Origin: Candidatus Omnitrophota bacterium | Lineage (GTDB): Bacteria > Omnitrophota > Gorgyraeia > Gygaellales > Profunditerraquicolaceae | NCBI GenBank assembly: GCA_018812825.1 | Contig: JAHJCJ010000069.1 | Location: 3,825 to 67,824 of the forward strand | Reading direction: 5' to 3' | Length of the DNA: 64,000 nucleotides | Shown here: positions 1-8,187 of the stretch, piece after piece | How the letters are laid out: every line of letters starts with the position of its first letter | How positions within the stretch are numbered: the first letter of the stretch is position 1 | Position numbers and translations under genes: made by a program | Notes under the pieces: generated by a model | The model's database searches: none | What the model was told of the DNA's origin: nothing | The model's input: the letters and a program-made list of their open reading frames with translations, nothing else

Positions 1-323
1 CGGATTGCTGCGTACGGACAAACCATAACGCACATCCAGCAACCCACGCATCGATTCTCGTCATGCAGGACCATCCCGGTTGCAGCATCGCGCGTTAAGG
101 CCTTAGCCATACACGCAGACACGCATTTCTGTTCTTTGCAATGCCGGCAAGATACAGGATAATTCTCTCCCGTTGCTGCAAACACTGTGGTCCGGGGAAG
201 AGAAAGCTTTATTTCTTTAAGCGCCTCACTCAATTCACCGCTTTGCGAATGAGCAAGGGCACAGGATAACTCACAAGTCTTACACCCTACGCATTTTTTG
301 AAAACATAATATAAGTTTTTCAT
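1..323 (-). CDS. cooF: CooF-like 4Fe-4S dicluster electron-transfer protein (3' end runs off the window)
   Basis: Not in the ORF track. Hand translation from ATG at 323 gives MKNLYYVFKKCVGCKTCELSC...SCRHCKEQKCVSAC...RCVGCWMCVMVCPY, with three ferredoxin-type Cys motifs. Starts 3 nt after the cooS stop. Confidence 0.88.
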   Translation of the reverse strand, partial: MKNLYYVFKKCVGCKTCELSCALAHSQSGELSEALKEIKLSLPRTTVFAATGENYPVSCRHCKEQKCVSACMAKALTRDAATGMVLHDENRCVGCWMCVMVCPYAAI

Positions 324-326
324 GGC

Positions 327-2231
327 TTACGGATACATCATGGGTTTAAGTTTTAACGCCTGACGTTTCTTATCGATATGTTCAATTATAATCTTTGCCA
401 TTTGTATAGGGTCAGGCTCAAACGCCCATTTCCCTCCGGTAACAGATTCCACCTCTTCGGTTACAAACTTAGTCAGGTTATGTGAACCATGCAAAGGATA
501 GGGATTGCCGAAAACCACCATTGCCCCGGAGGCAACAAAATACCAGCCAATAGCAATAGCCTTCTCAGACATCCATTCGGGTGCAGCGCCCGCCACCGGT
601 AATTCATCAAGACTTTTTCCGATACCGCCTTCTTTTACCATCTCGCAACAAGCAGTAAGTATGCGGGAGTTATCCACGCATGGCCCCAGATGCAGCACCG
701 GCGGACAACCCACAGCCGCGCAAATCTCCTGCAACCCTTTACCCGCGTATTTAAATGCGGCCTCAGGCACCAATAATCCTTCCTTGGCACAGGCAGTTGC
801 TGCACAGCCGGTCTGAACCACCAAAACATCTTTCCTGATAAGCTCTTTTACCAGGGTAATATGCGTTTCGCCGCTTTTTAGCTTAGGGTTATCGCACCCT
901 ACTACGCCGGCCACCCCGCGGATCCTTCCGGAAATAATTGCCTCATTTAACGGACTAAAAGTAGACCTATAGTTTCCGCCCAACATCTTAAAGATATATT
1001 CCGTGGTAAAACCGCCGACCAAATCGCGCGATTCTTTAGGAATATGCACGCGGGATTTATCGCGCTTGGGGAAATTCTCAATGGCCATAGTAATAATATT
1101 CCGGGCAATTTCCATCCCTTTTTCCTCATGGAACTCGATGTACACCGATCCGGGAAAATGCGCGCGGGGATTAGTAGAAACTACCTTCGTATGAAAACAA
1201 GAGGCGATACTCGGAAGAGAGGGCATGACGCACTGAAGATCAACGATCATCAGGTCTACTGCGCCGGTAATCAAAGCAAGCTCCTGCTGCAGGAAATTCC
1301 CGGCTACGCTAACTCCCTTTCGGCTTAATACCTCAAGAGCAGTACAACAAATCCCGGCGAGGTTAATACCGGAGGCACCCTTATCTTTGGCCAGTTGAAT
1401 AAGAGCAGGATCGACACTGGCAGTTGCAATAGCATCGGACAATATGGGCACGTGCCCATGGACAATAATATTTACCTGGTCATCTTTTAATACCCCTAGG
1501 TTTGCTTTTGCACGCAGCGGCTCAGGAGAACCAAAAAGAATATCGGATAAATCCGTGGCAATCATCGAACCGCCCCAACCATCGCTTAACGCCGTACGCA
1601 TCCCTTGCATCATGATAGAACGATAATCATTGTCAACGCCTATATTGGTACGGGCCAACGCCTCTGTCACTTCCCGGTCGATGCCCCGGGGCATGAGGTT
1701 ATTTACGCGCCAGATATCAATCTGCTTTTTAGGCGCCCGATTGGTAAGCATAAGCTCTCCGCTCTGCTGACCATACTCCTTAAAGAGACGCTCTGCTAAT
1801 TCCTCTGCGAGTTTATTGACATCTTTACCCGAGGTTTCCAAGCCATATTCTTTAGCAAAGCGCTCTAATTTTACCGCATCATTGATCTTATACCCTGGCG
1901 CTTTGCCGGTACTGGCTAAGAGCAGCGTTTTAATTATTTCGCGGCCATGATCATTATGACAAGCTGATCCGGCGGCAATATGACGCAAGAGGTTGCGCGC
2001 AGCAATTACATCGGCATCCGCTCCGCATACCCCACACTGCGCTCCCTCACCGAACGGATCAATCCTGCAAGGACCAAGATTACAGTTTTTACAGCATATA
2101 CCCAGCGTCCCAAAACCGCAGTGTGGCTCCTGTTTAAGTTTGCGGTCCCAAATAGTCTGGATAGAAGAATCTTCCGCAATCGCACGCATTTCTTTAGTCG
2201 CTAAATCTCCGGTAAAAATACGCTTGCTCAT
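327..2231 (-). CDS. cooS: Anaerobic Ni,Fe carbon monoxide dehydrogenase catalytic subunit
   Basis: D/B-cluster motif CGFG..GICCKNCNLGPC..CGVCGA. C-cluster ligands in HGH, GICCT, DLQC, VVGC, QTGC, GPCVD. EWMSEKA motif present. Confidence 0.96.
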   Translation of the reverse strand: MSKRIFTGDLATKEMRAIAEDSSIQTIWDRKLKQEPHCGFGTLGICCKNCNLGPCRIDPFGEGAQCGVCGADADVIAARNLLRHIAAGSACHNDHGREIIKTLLLASTGKAPGYKINDAVKLERFAKEYGLETSGKDVNKLAEELAERLFKEYGQQSGELMLTNRAPKKQIDIWRVNNLMPRGIDREVTEALARTNIGVDNDYRSIMMQGMRTALSDGWGGSMIATDLSDILFGSPEPLRAKANLGVLKDDQVNIIVHGHVPILSDAIATASVDPALIQLAKDKGASGINLAGICCTALEVLSRKGVSVAGNFLQQELALITGAVDLMIVDLQCVMPSLPSIASCFHTKVVSTNPRAHFPGSVYIEFHEEKGMEIARNIITMAIENFPKRDKSRVHIPKESRDLVGGFTTEYIFKMLGGNYRSTFSPLNEAIISGRIRGVAGVVGCDNPKLKSGETHITLVKELIRKDVLVVQTGCAATACAKEGLLVPEAAFKYAGKGLQEICAAVGCPPVLHLGPCVDNSRILTACCEMVKEGGIGKSLDELPVAGAAPEWMSEKAIAIGWYFVASGAMVVFGNPYPLHGSHNLTKFVTEEVESVTGGKWAFEPDPIQMAKIIIEHIDKKRQALKLKPMMYP

Positions 2232-2980
2232 TTAAGCCTCCGATTTAACTCCTTATAAATACCTAATAATTCTTTTTTAAGTTTATCGTCAAACACAAAT
2301 TTACCCCGGGCAGCCAAAAGATTCTGGCTAAACGACAAAAACCCTAAAGGTTCTGCGTTTAAATTCTTGCGCAAAAAATCCTCGTCCGCCTTATGTTGCA
2401 CTTTATTACCAATAAACCAGATCTTTTTTATCCCTAAAGCGCAGGCCAAAGAATACACATGTAAACCAGTACTAACTCCCAATTGCGTAGGCTCGGTAAT
2501 GATGAGAAAGGCATCTACCGCCTGCGCTGTCCCTCTTCCCAGATGCTCTGTGCCGGCGACCATATCCAAAAGCACCACTTCTTCATTTACCACCAAGTGA
2601 CTGATCAGGCGCTTGATAAATGCATTCTCCGGGCACAAACAACCGCCTTCCGCCTTTTGCACCTTCCCCATAACGATGAGCCTGATATTATTGTGCTGGG
2701 GGCAAAATTTTCCCGGGATATCTTCGACCTCGGGATTCAGCTTAAAATACCCGCTTGATTGAGTATCAACGGATGAAGTGCGTTTGGCAATTAATTCTTT
2801 CATTGCGCTTATGGGAACAATTTTTCCCGGCTCGGGAAAATCCAAAGCATACCCCAAATTCATGTCAGGGTCGCAATCAACGGCAATAACTGTTTTTTTA
2901 TCCTGCCCAAATAAAAGCGCTAGCCCGGCGGTGACTGTTGTTTTTCCTGAGCCGCCTTTTCCGGCTAAAGCAATTTTCAT
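2228..2980 (-). CDS. cooC: CODH nickel-insertion ATPase
   Basis: GKGGSGKT Walker A, DCDPD, GGCLCPEN CxC motif, DMVAGTEHLGRG; adjacent to cooS. Confidence 0.93.
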   Translation of the reverse strand: MKIALAGKGGSGKTTVTAGLALLFGQDKKTVIAVDCDPDMNLGYALDFPEPGKIVPISAMKELIAKRTSSVDTQSSGYFKLNPEVEDIPGKFCPQHNNIRLIVMGKVQKAEGGCLCPENAFIKRLISHLVVNEEVVLLDMVAGTEHLGRGTAQAVDAFLIITEPTQLGVSTGLHVYSLACALGIKKIWFIGNKVQHKADEDFLRKNLNAEPLGFLSFSQNLLAARGKFVFDDKLKKELLGIYKELNRRLK

Positions 2981-4671
2981 GATAACCCCACTATCCTACC
3001 TTCAGAATCTATGTCCATCTTCTCGCCAGCCGGATGCGATGGAAGCCCCGGCATCGTACGCATCTGTCCGCACAAAGGATATAAGAAACCCGCTCCCGCA
3101 GCCACCCGTATATCGCGGATGGGAATAGTAAATCCTGTGGGCCTGCCTTTTAATTCGGGATCATGGGAAAGAGATAAATGAGTCTTTGCCATGCAAATAG
3201 GAAATTTATTATAACCCAGTTTAGTATAAAGTTCAATCTTTTTCGTTGCCTCAGGAGAATATTCAACCTTTGCTGCCCCGTATATACTCTTGGCTATGCT
3301 TTCAATCTTTTGCATAATGGGCTCGTCTAGCGAATATAGGCATTTGAACTGACAGGGCTTGCTTGCAGCTTTTATCACTGCCCGGGCCAAGTCTATCCCA
3401 CCCTCTCCGCCTCTTGCCCAAACTTCGCTTACCACTGCATCATCACAGCCGGCAGCTAGAGCTTTTTTTCGCACCGCCTCTATTTCTTTATCCGTATCTG
3501 TGGTAAATTTGTTTATCGCCACTACTACAGGCAGACCAAACAACTTTATATTTTCAATATGTTTCTCCAAGTTTACCGCGCCCTGTTCAACCGCATCAAT
3601 ATTTTCCTTCAACAAATCTTCGCTCAACGGCTTTCCTGCTACCACTTTGAAACGCCCGCTATGCATCTTCAGTGCGCGGATAGAACAAACGATTACCGCT
3701 ACATTGGGCACTAATCCGCTAATACGGCATTTAATATTAAAAGCTTTTTCTGCGCCGCAATCAGCGCCAAAACCGCTCTCGGTAACCACATACTCGCTCA
3801 ATCTAAATGCGATCTTATCGGCAATGATAGAATTATTTCCGTGGGCTATGTTTGCAAACGGCCCTGCATGCACAAAACACGGGGTATGTTCAGTCGTCTG
3901 CATCAACGTAGGTTTGATTGCGTCTTTTAAAAGCACTGCCATTGCTCCGGCAACTTTTAAATCCTCGGTAGTAACCGGTTTTCCGTCATAGGTAAAAGCA
4001 ACCACAATCCTGCCTAAGCGCTGCCGTAAATCTTTGAAATCACTGGCAAGAGCAAGAATAGCCATTACCTCCGATGCCACGGTAATATCAAAACCACTTT
4101 GGCGCACGATACCATCTTCCGCAGACCCCTGGCCAATAGTAATATTACGTAAAGATCTGTCGCTGACATCCACAACTCTTCGCCAGAGTATCTCCGAAGG
4201 GTCTATATTTAATTTATTGCCCCTATAAAGAGAATTATCCATGAAAGCCGCGCAGAGATTATGCGCTAGGCCGACCGCATGCACATCGCCGGTCAAATGC
4301 AGGTTGAAATCCTCCATTGGCACAACCTGAGAATACCCGCCACCTGCAGCGCCGCCTTTTATGCCAAATACAGGCCCCAGCGATGGCTGCCGTATGCAGG
4401 TAGAAACCTTTTTGCCTAACTTGGCCAATCCTAGCGACAAACCAATCGTAGTAACAGTCTTGCCTTCGCCAAGCGGCGTTGGGGTTATGGCAGTGACATA
4501 TATATATTTGCCTTCGGGATTATCTTTTAACCGCTGTAAAACAGAAAGCTCAACCTTCGCCTTATACTTACCATAAAGCTCTAGCTCGTCCTCGCGAATA
4601 CCAATTTTCTCAGCGATCTCTAAAATAGGCCTTAGTTTTATTTCTCGGGAGATCTCGATATCAGTCTTCAT
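2977..4671 (-). CDS. fhs: Formate--tetrahydrofolate ligase
   Basis: TPTPLGEGKT, GIKGGAAGGGYSQV, HAGPFANIAHG, CMAKT, MPGLP signatures; 564 aa. Confidence 0.98.
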   Translation of the reverse strand: MKTDIEISREIKLRPILEIAEKIGIREDELELYGKYKAKVELSVLQRLKDNPEGKYIYVTAITPTPLGEGKTVTTIGLSLGLAKLGKKVSTCIRQPSLGPVFGIKGGAAGGGYSQVVPMEDFNLHLTGDVHAVGLAHNLCAAFMDNSLYRGNKLNIDPSEILWRRVVDVSDRSLRNITIGQGSAEDGIVRQSGFDITVASEVMAILALASDFKDLRQRLGRIVVAFTYDGKPVTTEDLKVAGAMAVLLKDAIKPTLMQTTEHTPCFVHAGPFANIAHGNNSIIADKIAFRLSEYVVTESGFGADCGAEKAFNIKCRISGLVPNVAVIVCSIRALKMHSGRFKVVAGKPLSEDLLKENIDAVEQGAVNLEKHIENIKLFGLPVVVAINKFTTDTDKEIEAVRKKALAAGCDDAVVSEVWARGGEGGIDLARAVIKAASKPCQFKCLYSLDEPIMQKIESIAKSIYGAAKVEYSPEATKKIELYTKLGYNKFPICMAKTHLSLSHDPELKGRPTGFTIPIRDIRVAAGAGFLYPLCGQMRTMPGLPSHPAGEKMDIDSEGRIVGLS

Positions 4672-4900
4672 ACCTTACCTTTCTTTCCTAAAGTTTCTTG
4701 GGAATAACAGGAGCGATTGATAGTATAAAACTGCACCTAATCCAATCTGAGCAAACCAGCCCAGATGGGCTAAATTAGAAATTATCTTTCTATTTTTTAT
4801 TGTTTTATCCGCTTCGCCGAAATCGCAAGAAGAGGCGATGCAAAAAAACTTTATGTGTTGCGCTTCAGCTTTACTAAGACTCTTTCACTTACTGCATATT

Positions 4901-4909
4901 ATTATACCA
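4901..4909 (-). promoter_or_regulatory. Extended -10 sigma70-type promoter for fhs-cooC-cooS-cooF
   Basis: Minus strand reads TGGTATAAT (TGn + perfect TATAAT) in an AT-rich spacer about 230 nt upstream of fhs. No canonically spaced -35. Confidence 0.55.
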
Positions 4910-5130
4910 TATAACTTTAGTTTTTTTAACAAATTTCAGTTAAGCATATCAAGTATACATACAATTTATGTAATTATTGCATTTTATTGTAAAACAAATC
5001 CAGATTAATTCCTAAAAAAATCTGCATTTTCATAAGACTAAGGTATGTGCAAGAATATAACAAAATATTTTTGTTCATGAAACTGATTTGTTATATAACT
5101 TGATTAAAATGCAATCTTAAAATAAACCGT

Positions 5131-5303
5131 CTATTTCTTTTTTCTACCGATAATGAGTGCGGTGCCGAATTCATCGGCTGCCTAAGATGAAGATTTGCTT
5201 TTCTTGCCGATTACCGTAGAAATTCCTGACTCGTAAGCCGTAAAAAAATACGGCTTTTTTGAAACGATAATACCAATCCCATAAGATCTTGAGATTTCAT
5301 CAT
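5131..5303 (-). pseudogene. Remnant of a SAM-dependent O-methyltransferase (N-terminal dimerisation domain)
   Basis: MMKSQDLMGLVLSFQKSRIFL, then after a 1-nt frameshift TAYESGISTVIGKKSKSSS*AADEFGT. Resembles the F.KSR.FLTA.EL.IFT pattern from memory of the family. Starts 7 nt after the MOSC gene stop. Confidence 0.55.
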
Positions 5304-5310
5304 AATTTTC

Positions 5311-5766
5311 TTAGAGGACCTTCATTTTAGCGCCGACCTTGACTATGCCACCTTTTAAAACTTTTGCGAAGACGCCCTCGCGAGGCATAATACAATCTCC
5401 TGTTTTATAATAGATAGCGCATCTGGAGACACAAGCTTTACCGATCTGGACTATCTCTAGGATTACGCTTCTACCAATCTTTATTTTTGTAGCAAGCGAT
5501 AAACTTTTTAAATCTATGCCTTCGCTGACAATATTCTCAGCAAAATCTCCAGAACCAACACTTAGTCCTCGGGCTCTCATCTTTTCTATAGACTCTTCTG
5601 CCAATAAGCTCACCTGCCGAGGACTACCTGCATGGGCATCATTTTCTATTCCGAAATTTTCCTTAAAAATAGCTACCTTGATGTTTTCTTTCTTAGTTCC
5701 TTTCTCTTTTGACATACAGAGCGCTTTAACCCTGCCGATAATATTATTTCCTCTTATAATGCCCAC
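5311..5766 (-). CDS. MOSC domain-containing protein
   Basis: DAHAG..RQVSLL, GDFAENI, QIGKAC..C.IY..GDCIMPREGVF; lies in the Moco operon. Confidence 0.9.
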   Translation of the reverse strand: MGIIRGNNIIGRVKALCMSKEKGTKKENIKVAIFKENFGIENDAHAGSPRQVSLLAEESIEKMRARGLSVGSGDFAENIVSEGIDLKSLSLATKIKIGRSVILEIVQIGKACVSRCAIYYKTGDCIMPREGVFAKVLKGGIVKVGAKMKVL

Positions 5767-6196
5767 TTCTGCCGCCTGTTTTTTCTATCAATCTTATTTG
5801 ATTAATCATTGCGCTCCTATCAATGGATTTACACATATCATAAATTGTCAGGGCCGACATACAAGATGCAACCATTGCCTCCATTTCAACACCTGTCTTG
5901 GCTTTTGTTTTACATCTTGCTGTAATTAAAATACTTTTTCTTTCTAATTTAAAATCTATCTCCACATGCTCCAAAAGCAAAGGATGGCACAGGGGAATAA
6001 GTTCATCAACCTTCTTAGCAGCTAAAATCCCGGCGCATTTTGCTATAGTCAATACATCGCCTTTGGCGACTTTCTTATTTGCTATAAGTTTTATAGTTTG
6101 CGGCCGAAGGTAAATGCTCGCCTGCACAACTGCCTCTCTTAAGGTTGCCGGTTTCTTACCTATATCCACCATCTTAACGCCATTAATAATGCGCAT
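5744..6196 (-). CDS. moaC: Cyclic pyranopterin monophosphate synthase
   Basis: MVDIG.K, KGDVL, LIPLCHP, TGVEMEA, KTGG.SG. Confidence 0.96.
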   Translation of the reverse strand: MRIINGVKMVDIGKKPATLREAVVQASIYLRPQTIKLIANKKVAKGDVLTIAKCAGILAAKKVDELIPLCHPLLLEHVEIDFKLERKSILITARCKTKAKTGVEMEAMVASCMSALTIYDMCKSIDRSAMINQIRLIEKTGGRSGHYKRK

Positions 6197-6198
6197 TT

Positions 6199-6720
6199 TT
6201 ATCTCCAGATAGCCCCCATTACTCCAAACAGTATAATCACTATTGCCGGATGTATCTTTGTATAAATAAATATAAGAAATGACGAAATAATTATTAGCAG
6301 GATCTTAGCTTGCATTAAATGCCGGATATTAATGGTCTGGAATGCCACTGCAATAATCATCGCAAATACAGCAGGCCGGATTGCATCAAAAGCGCTTTTT
6401 ACCGCCGGTAAATCTTTGTAACGCGCGTAAATTACTGCCGCAAAGATCACAGCCAGCGCGGGAGCTAAAATATTACCCAAGTTTGCGCATACCGCACCAG
6501 AGATTCCTGCTATCTTATATCCCGTATATGTCGCGTATTGAATCGAAATCGCTCCCGGACAAATCTTGACTAACCCTCCGACATTTAGAAATTCCTCCCT
6601 GCTCAGCCAATGGTATTTTTCCACCACTTCCTTTTCGATCAATGGAAAAAAAGAATACGCTCCCCCTATGGCAAATAAGCCTATCCTCAAAAAAGCTAGA
6701 AATAAACTGATCAAAACCAT
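6199..6720 (-). CDS. Short-chain (half-size) CHR family oxyanion/chromate transporter
   Basis: FLRIGLFAIGG, VVEKYHWLS.EEF, PG.ISI..ATY.GY..AG, KIHPAIVI; hydrophobic 173 aa. Confidence 0.88.
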   Translation of the reverse strand: MVLISLFLAFLRIGLFAIGGAYSFFPLIEKEVVEKYHWLSREEFLNVGGLVKICPGAISIQYATYTGYKIAGISGAVCANLGNILAPALAVIFAAVIYARYKDLPAVKSAFDAIRPAVFAMIIAVAFQTINIRHLMQAKILLIIISSFLIFIYTKIHPAIVIILFGVMGAIWR

Positions 6721-7197
6721 CTAATGCTCCTTATTGGCCAACATCTCTAGCCCATGAGCTAAGCCATCGAGTATCGCTTCTAAAGATTCCTCTGCGCCCT
6801 TAGTACTTCCTGGCAGGTTGATTATCAAGGTTTTCCCACGGATACCGGCAACCGCCCGAGAGAGCATCGCCCTTTTCGTAAACTTCAAACATTCTACGCG
6901 CATGGCCTCGGGGATCCCGGGAACCTCTCTTTCGATTATTTCTCTAGTTGCTTCGGGTGTCAGGTCCCGGGCAGTAAAACCAGTCCCGCCATTTGTCAGC
7001 ACCAGGTCAACTTTAAGGTTATCAGCGTAACTTTTCAGCTTCTCCTTAATTATTTCCGGCTCATCAGGAACAATCTCGTAAATTACTACCTCAGCCGGAA
7101 GATTACGGATAATATCCTGCACCACCTTACCACTCTTATCTTCTCTTTTGCCTTCGTGACATCTGTCACTTATGGTTAAAACTGCTACTTTATACAT
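6721..7197 (-). CDS. mogA: Molybdopterin adenylyltransferase (MogA/MoaB family)
   Basis: LTISDR, REDKSG, TNGGTG..RDLTPEAT, NLPGS. Start moved to ATG 7197 (MYKVAVL) to avoid overlap with moaA. Confidence 0.92.
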   Translation of the reverse strand: MYKVAVLTISDRCHEGKREDKSGKVVQDIIRNLPAEVVIYEIVPDEPEIIKEKLKSYADNLKVDLVLTNGGTGFTARDLTPEATREIIEREVPGIPEAMRVECLKFTKRAMLSRAVAGIRGKTLIINLPGSTKGAEESLEAILDGLAHGLEMLANKEH

Positions 7198-7202
7198 AGT
7201 TT

Positions 7203-8186
7203 TCAACCCCCAATAGAACACATGAAGAAATCTGATTGCGTTTTTGACTTTTTCTTATCCAAAGCATGCTCCTTAGGTTTCAACTTTACTGCTTCCTCAA
7301 TGATCTGCCTTATTTCTTCTTCGTCTCTGCCCTGCCTTAAAGGCTGGCGCAAATCCACCTTACTGTCCGAATGCAAACAAGGCCTTAAGATTCCGTCCGA
7401 AGAAAGCCTAAGCCTGTTGCAGGAAGAGCAGAATTTATTGCTCATCGGGCTGATAAACCCAAAACTGCCCAAGGCATGTTTAAATTTAAACACCTCTGCC
7501 GGGCCTGCCCCGAAAACCCGGATTTCTTCTATGGGAAAGATTTTTTCCGCTATTTCCATAACTATGGCAGAAGAGATAAATTTATCCTGCAGATAAAAAG
7601 AAGTAACCGGCATAAGTTCCAGGAAACGCACGCAAAGGGAATTTTCAATGGTCAGCCTTAAAAAATCAACAATCTCCTTTTTTTCAATATCGCCTAATAG
7701 CAGCACATTTATCTTAAGCGGAGTAAAACCGGCTTTGATGGCCTCTTCAATACCGTCTATGACTTCCTTTAAATCTCCGCCCCGGCTGATCCTTCTGTAT
7801 CTTGCTTCTTTTAAACTGTCTAAGCTGACATTAATGCGTTTCAGGCCTGCATTTTTTAAAGCCTGCGCGTATTCTTTTAAAAGAATACCATTGGTGGTAA
7901 GAGAAATATCCTTTAACCCCTTGATCACACTTAAGGCGCTGACCAGATCAACCAGACCTTCCCTGACTAATGGCTCTCCGCCGGTAAGACGGATCTTATC
8001 GATCCCCAGAAAAACCCCTGCCTCAACTATTCTGATAATCTCTTCAAAGGTAAGTATATCTTCGTGCGGCTTATGGAGTATGCCGGCCTCAGGCATGCAA
8101 TATAAACAGCGCAGATTACAGCGGTCAGTAACCGATATCCTTAAATAATCTATTTTACGGCCAAAGCCATCAATCAATGACCCCAT
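7203..8186 (-). CDS. moaA: GTP 3',8-cyclase
   Basis: YLRISVTDRCNLRCLYCMP radical-SAM motif, FCSSCNRLR, C-terminal IGG. Confidence 0.97.
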   Translation of the reverse strand: MGSLIDGFGRKIDYLRISVTDRCNLRCLYCMPEAGILHKPHEDILTFEEIIRIVEAGVFLGIDKIRLTGGEPLVREGLVDLVSALSVIKGLKDISLTTNGILLKEYAQALKNAGLKRINVSLDSLKEARYRRISRGGDLKEVIDGIEEAIKAGFTPLKINVLLLGDIEKKEIVDFLRLTIENSLCVRFLELMPVTSFYLQDKFISSAIVMEIAEKIFPIEEIRVFGAGPAEVFKFKHALGSFGFISPMSNKFCSSCNRLRLSSDGILRPCLHSDSKVDLRQPLRQGRDEEEIRQIIEEAVKLKPKEHALDKKKSKTQSDFFMCSIGG

Positions 8187-8187
8187 A

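Noticed and set aside
4915-5100. Rex or ModE operators in the AT-rich spacer (TTGTTAA half-site; AACAAAA-TAT-TTTTGTT palindrome)
   Set aside because: Only half-sites or low-complexity palindromes expected by chance in very AT-rich DNA.
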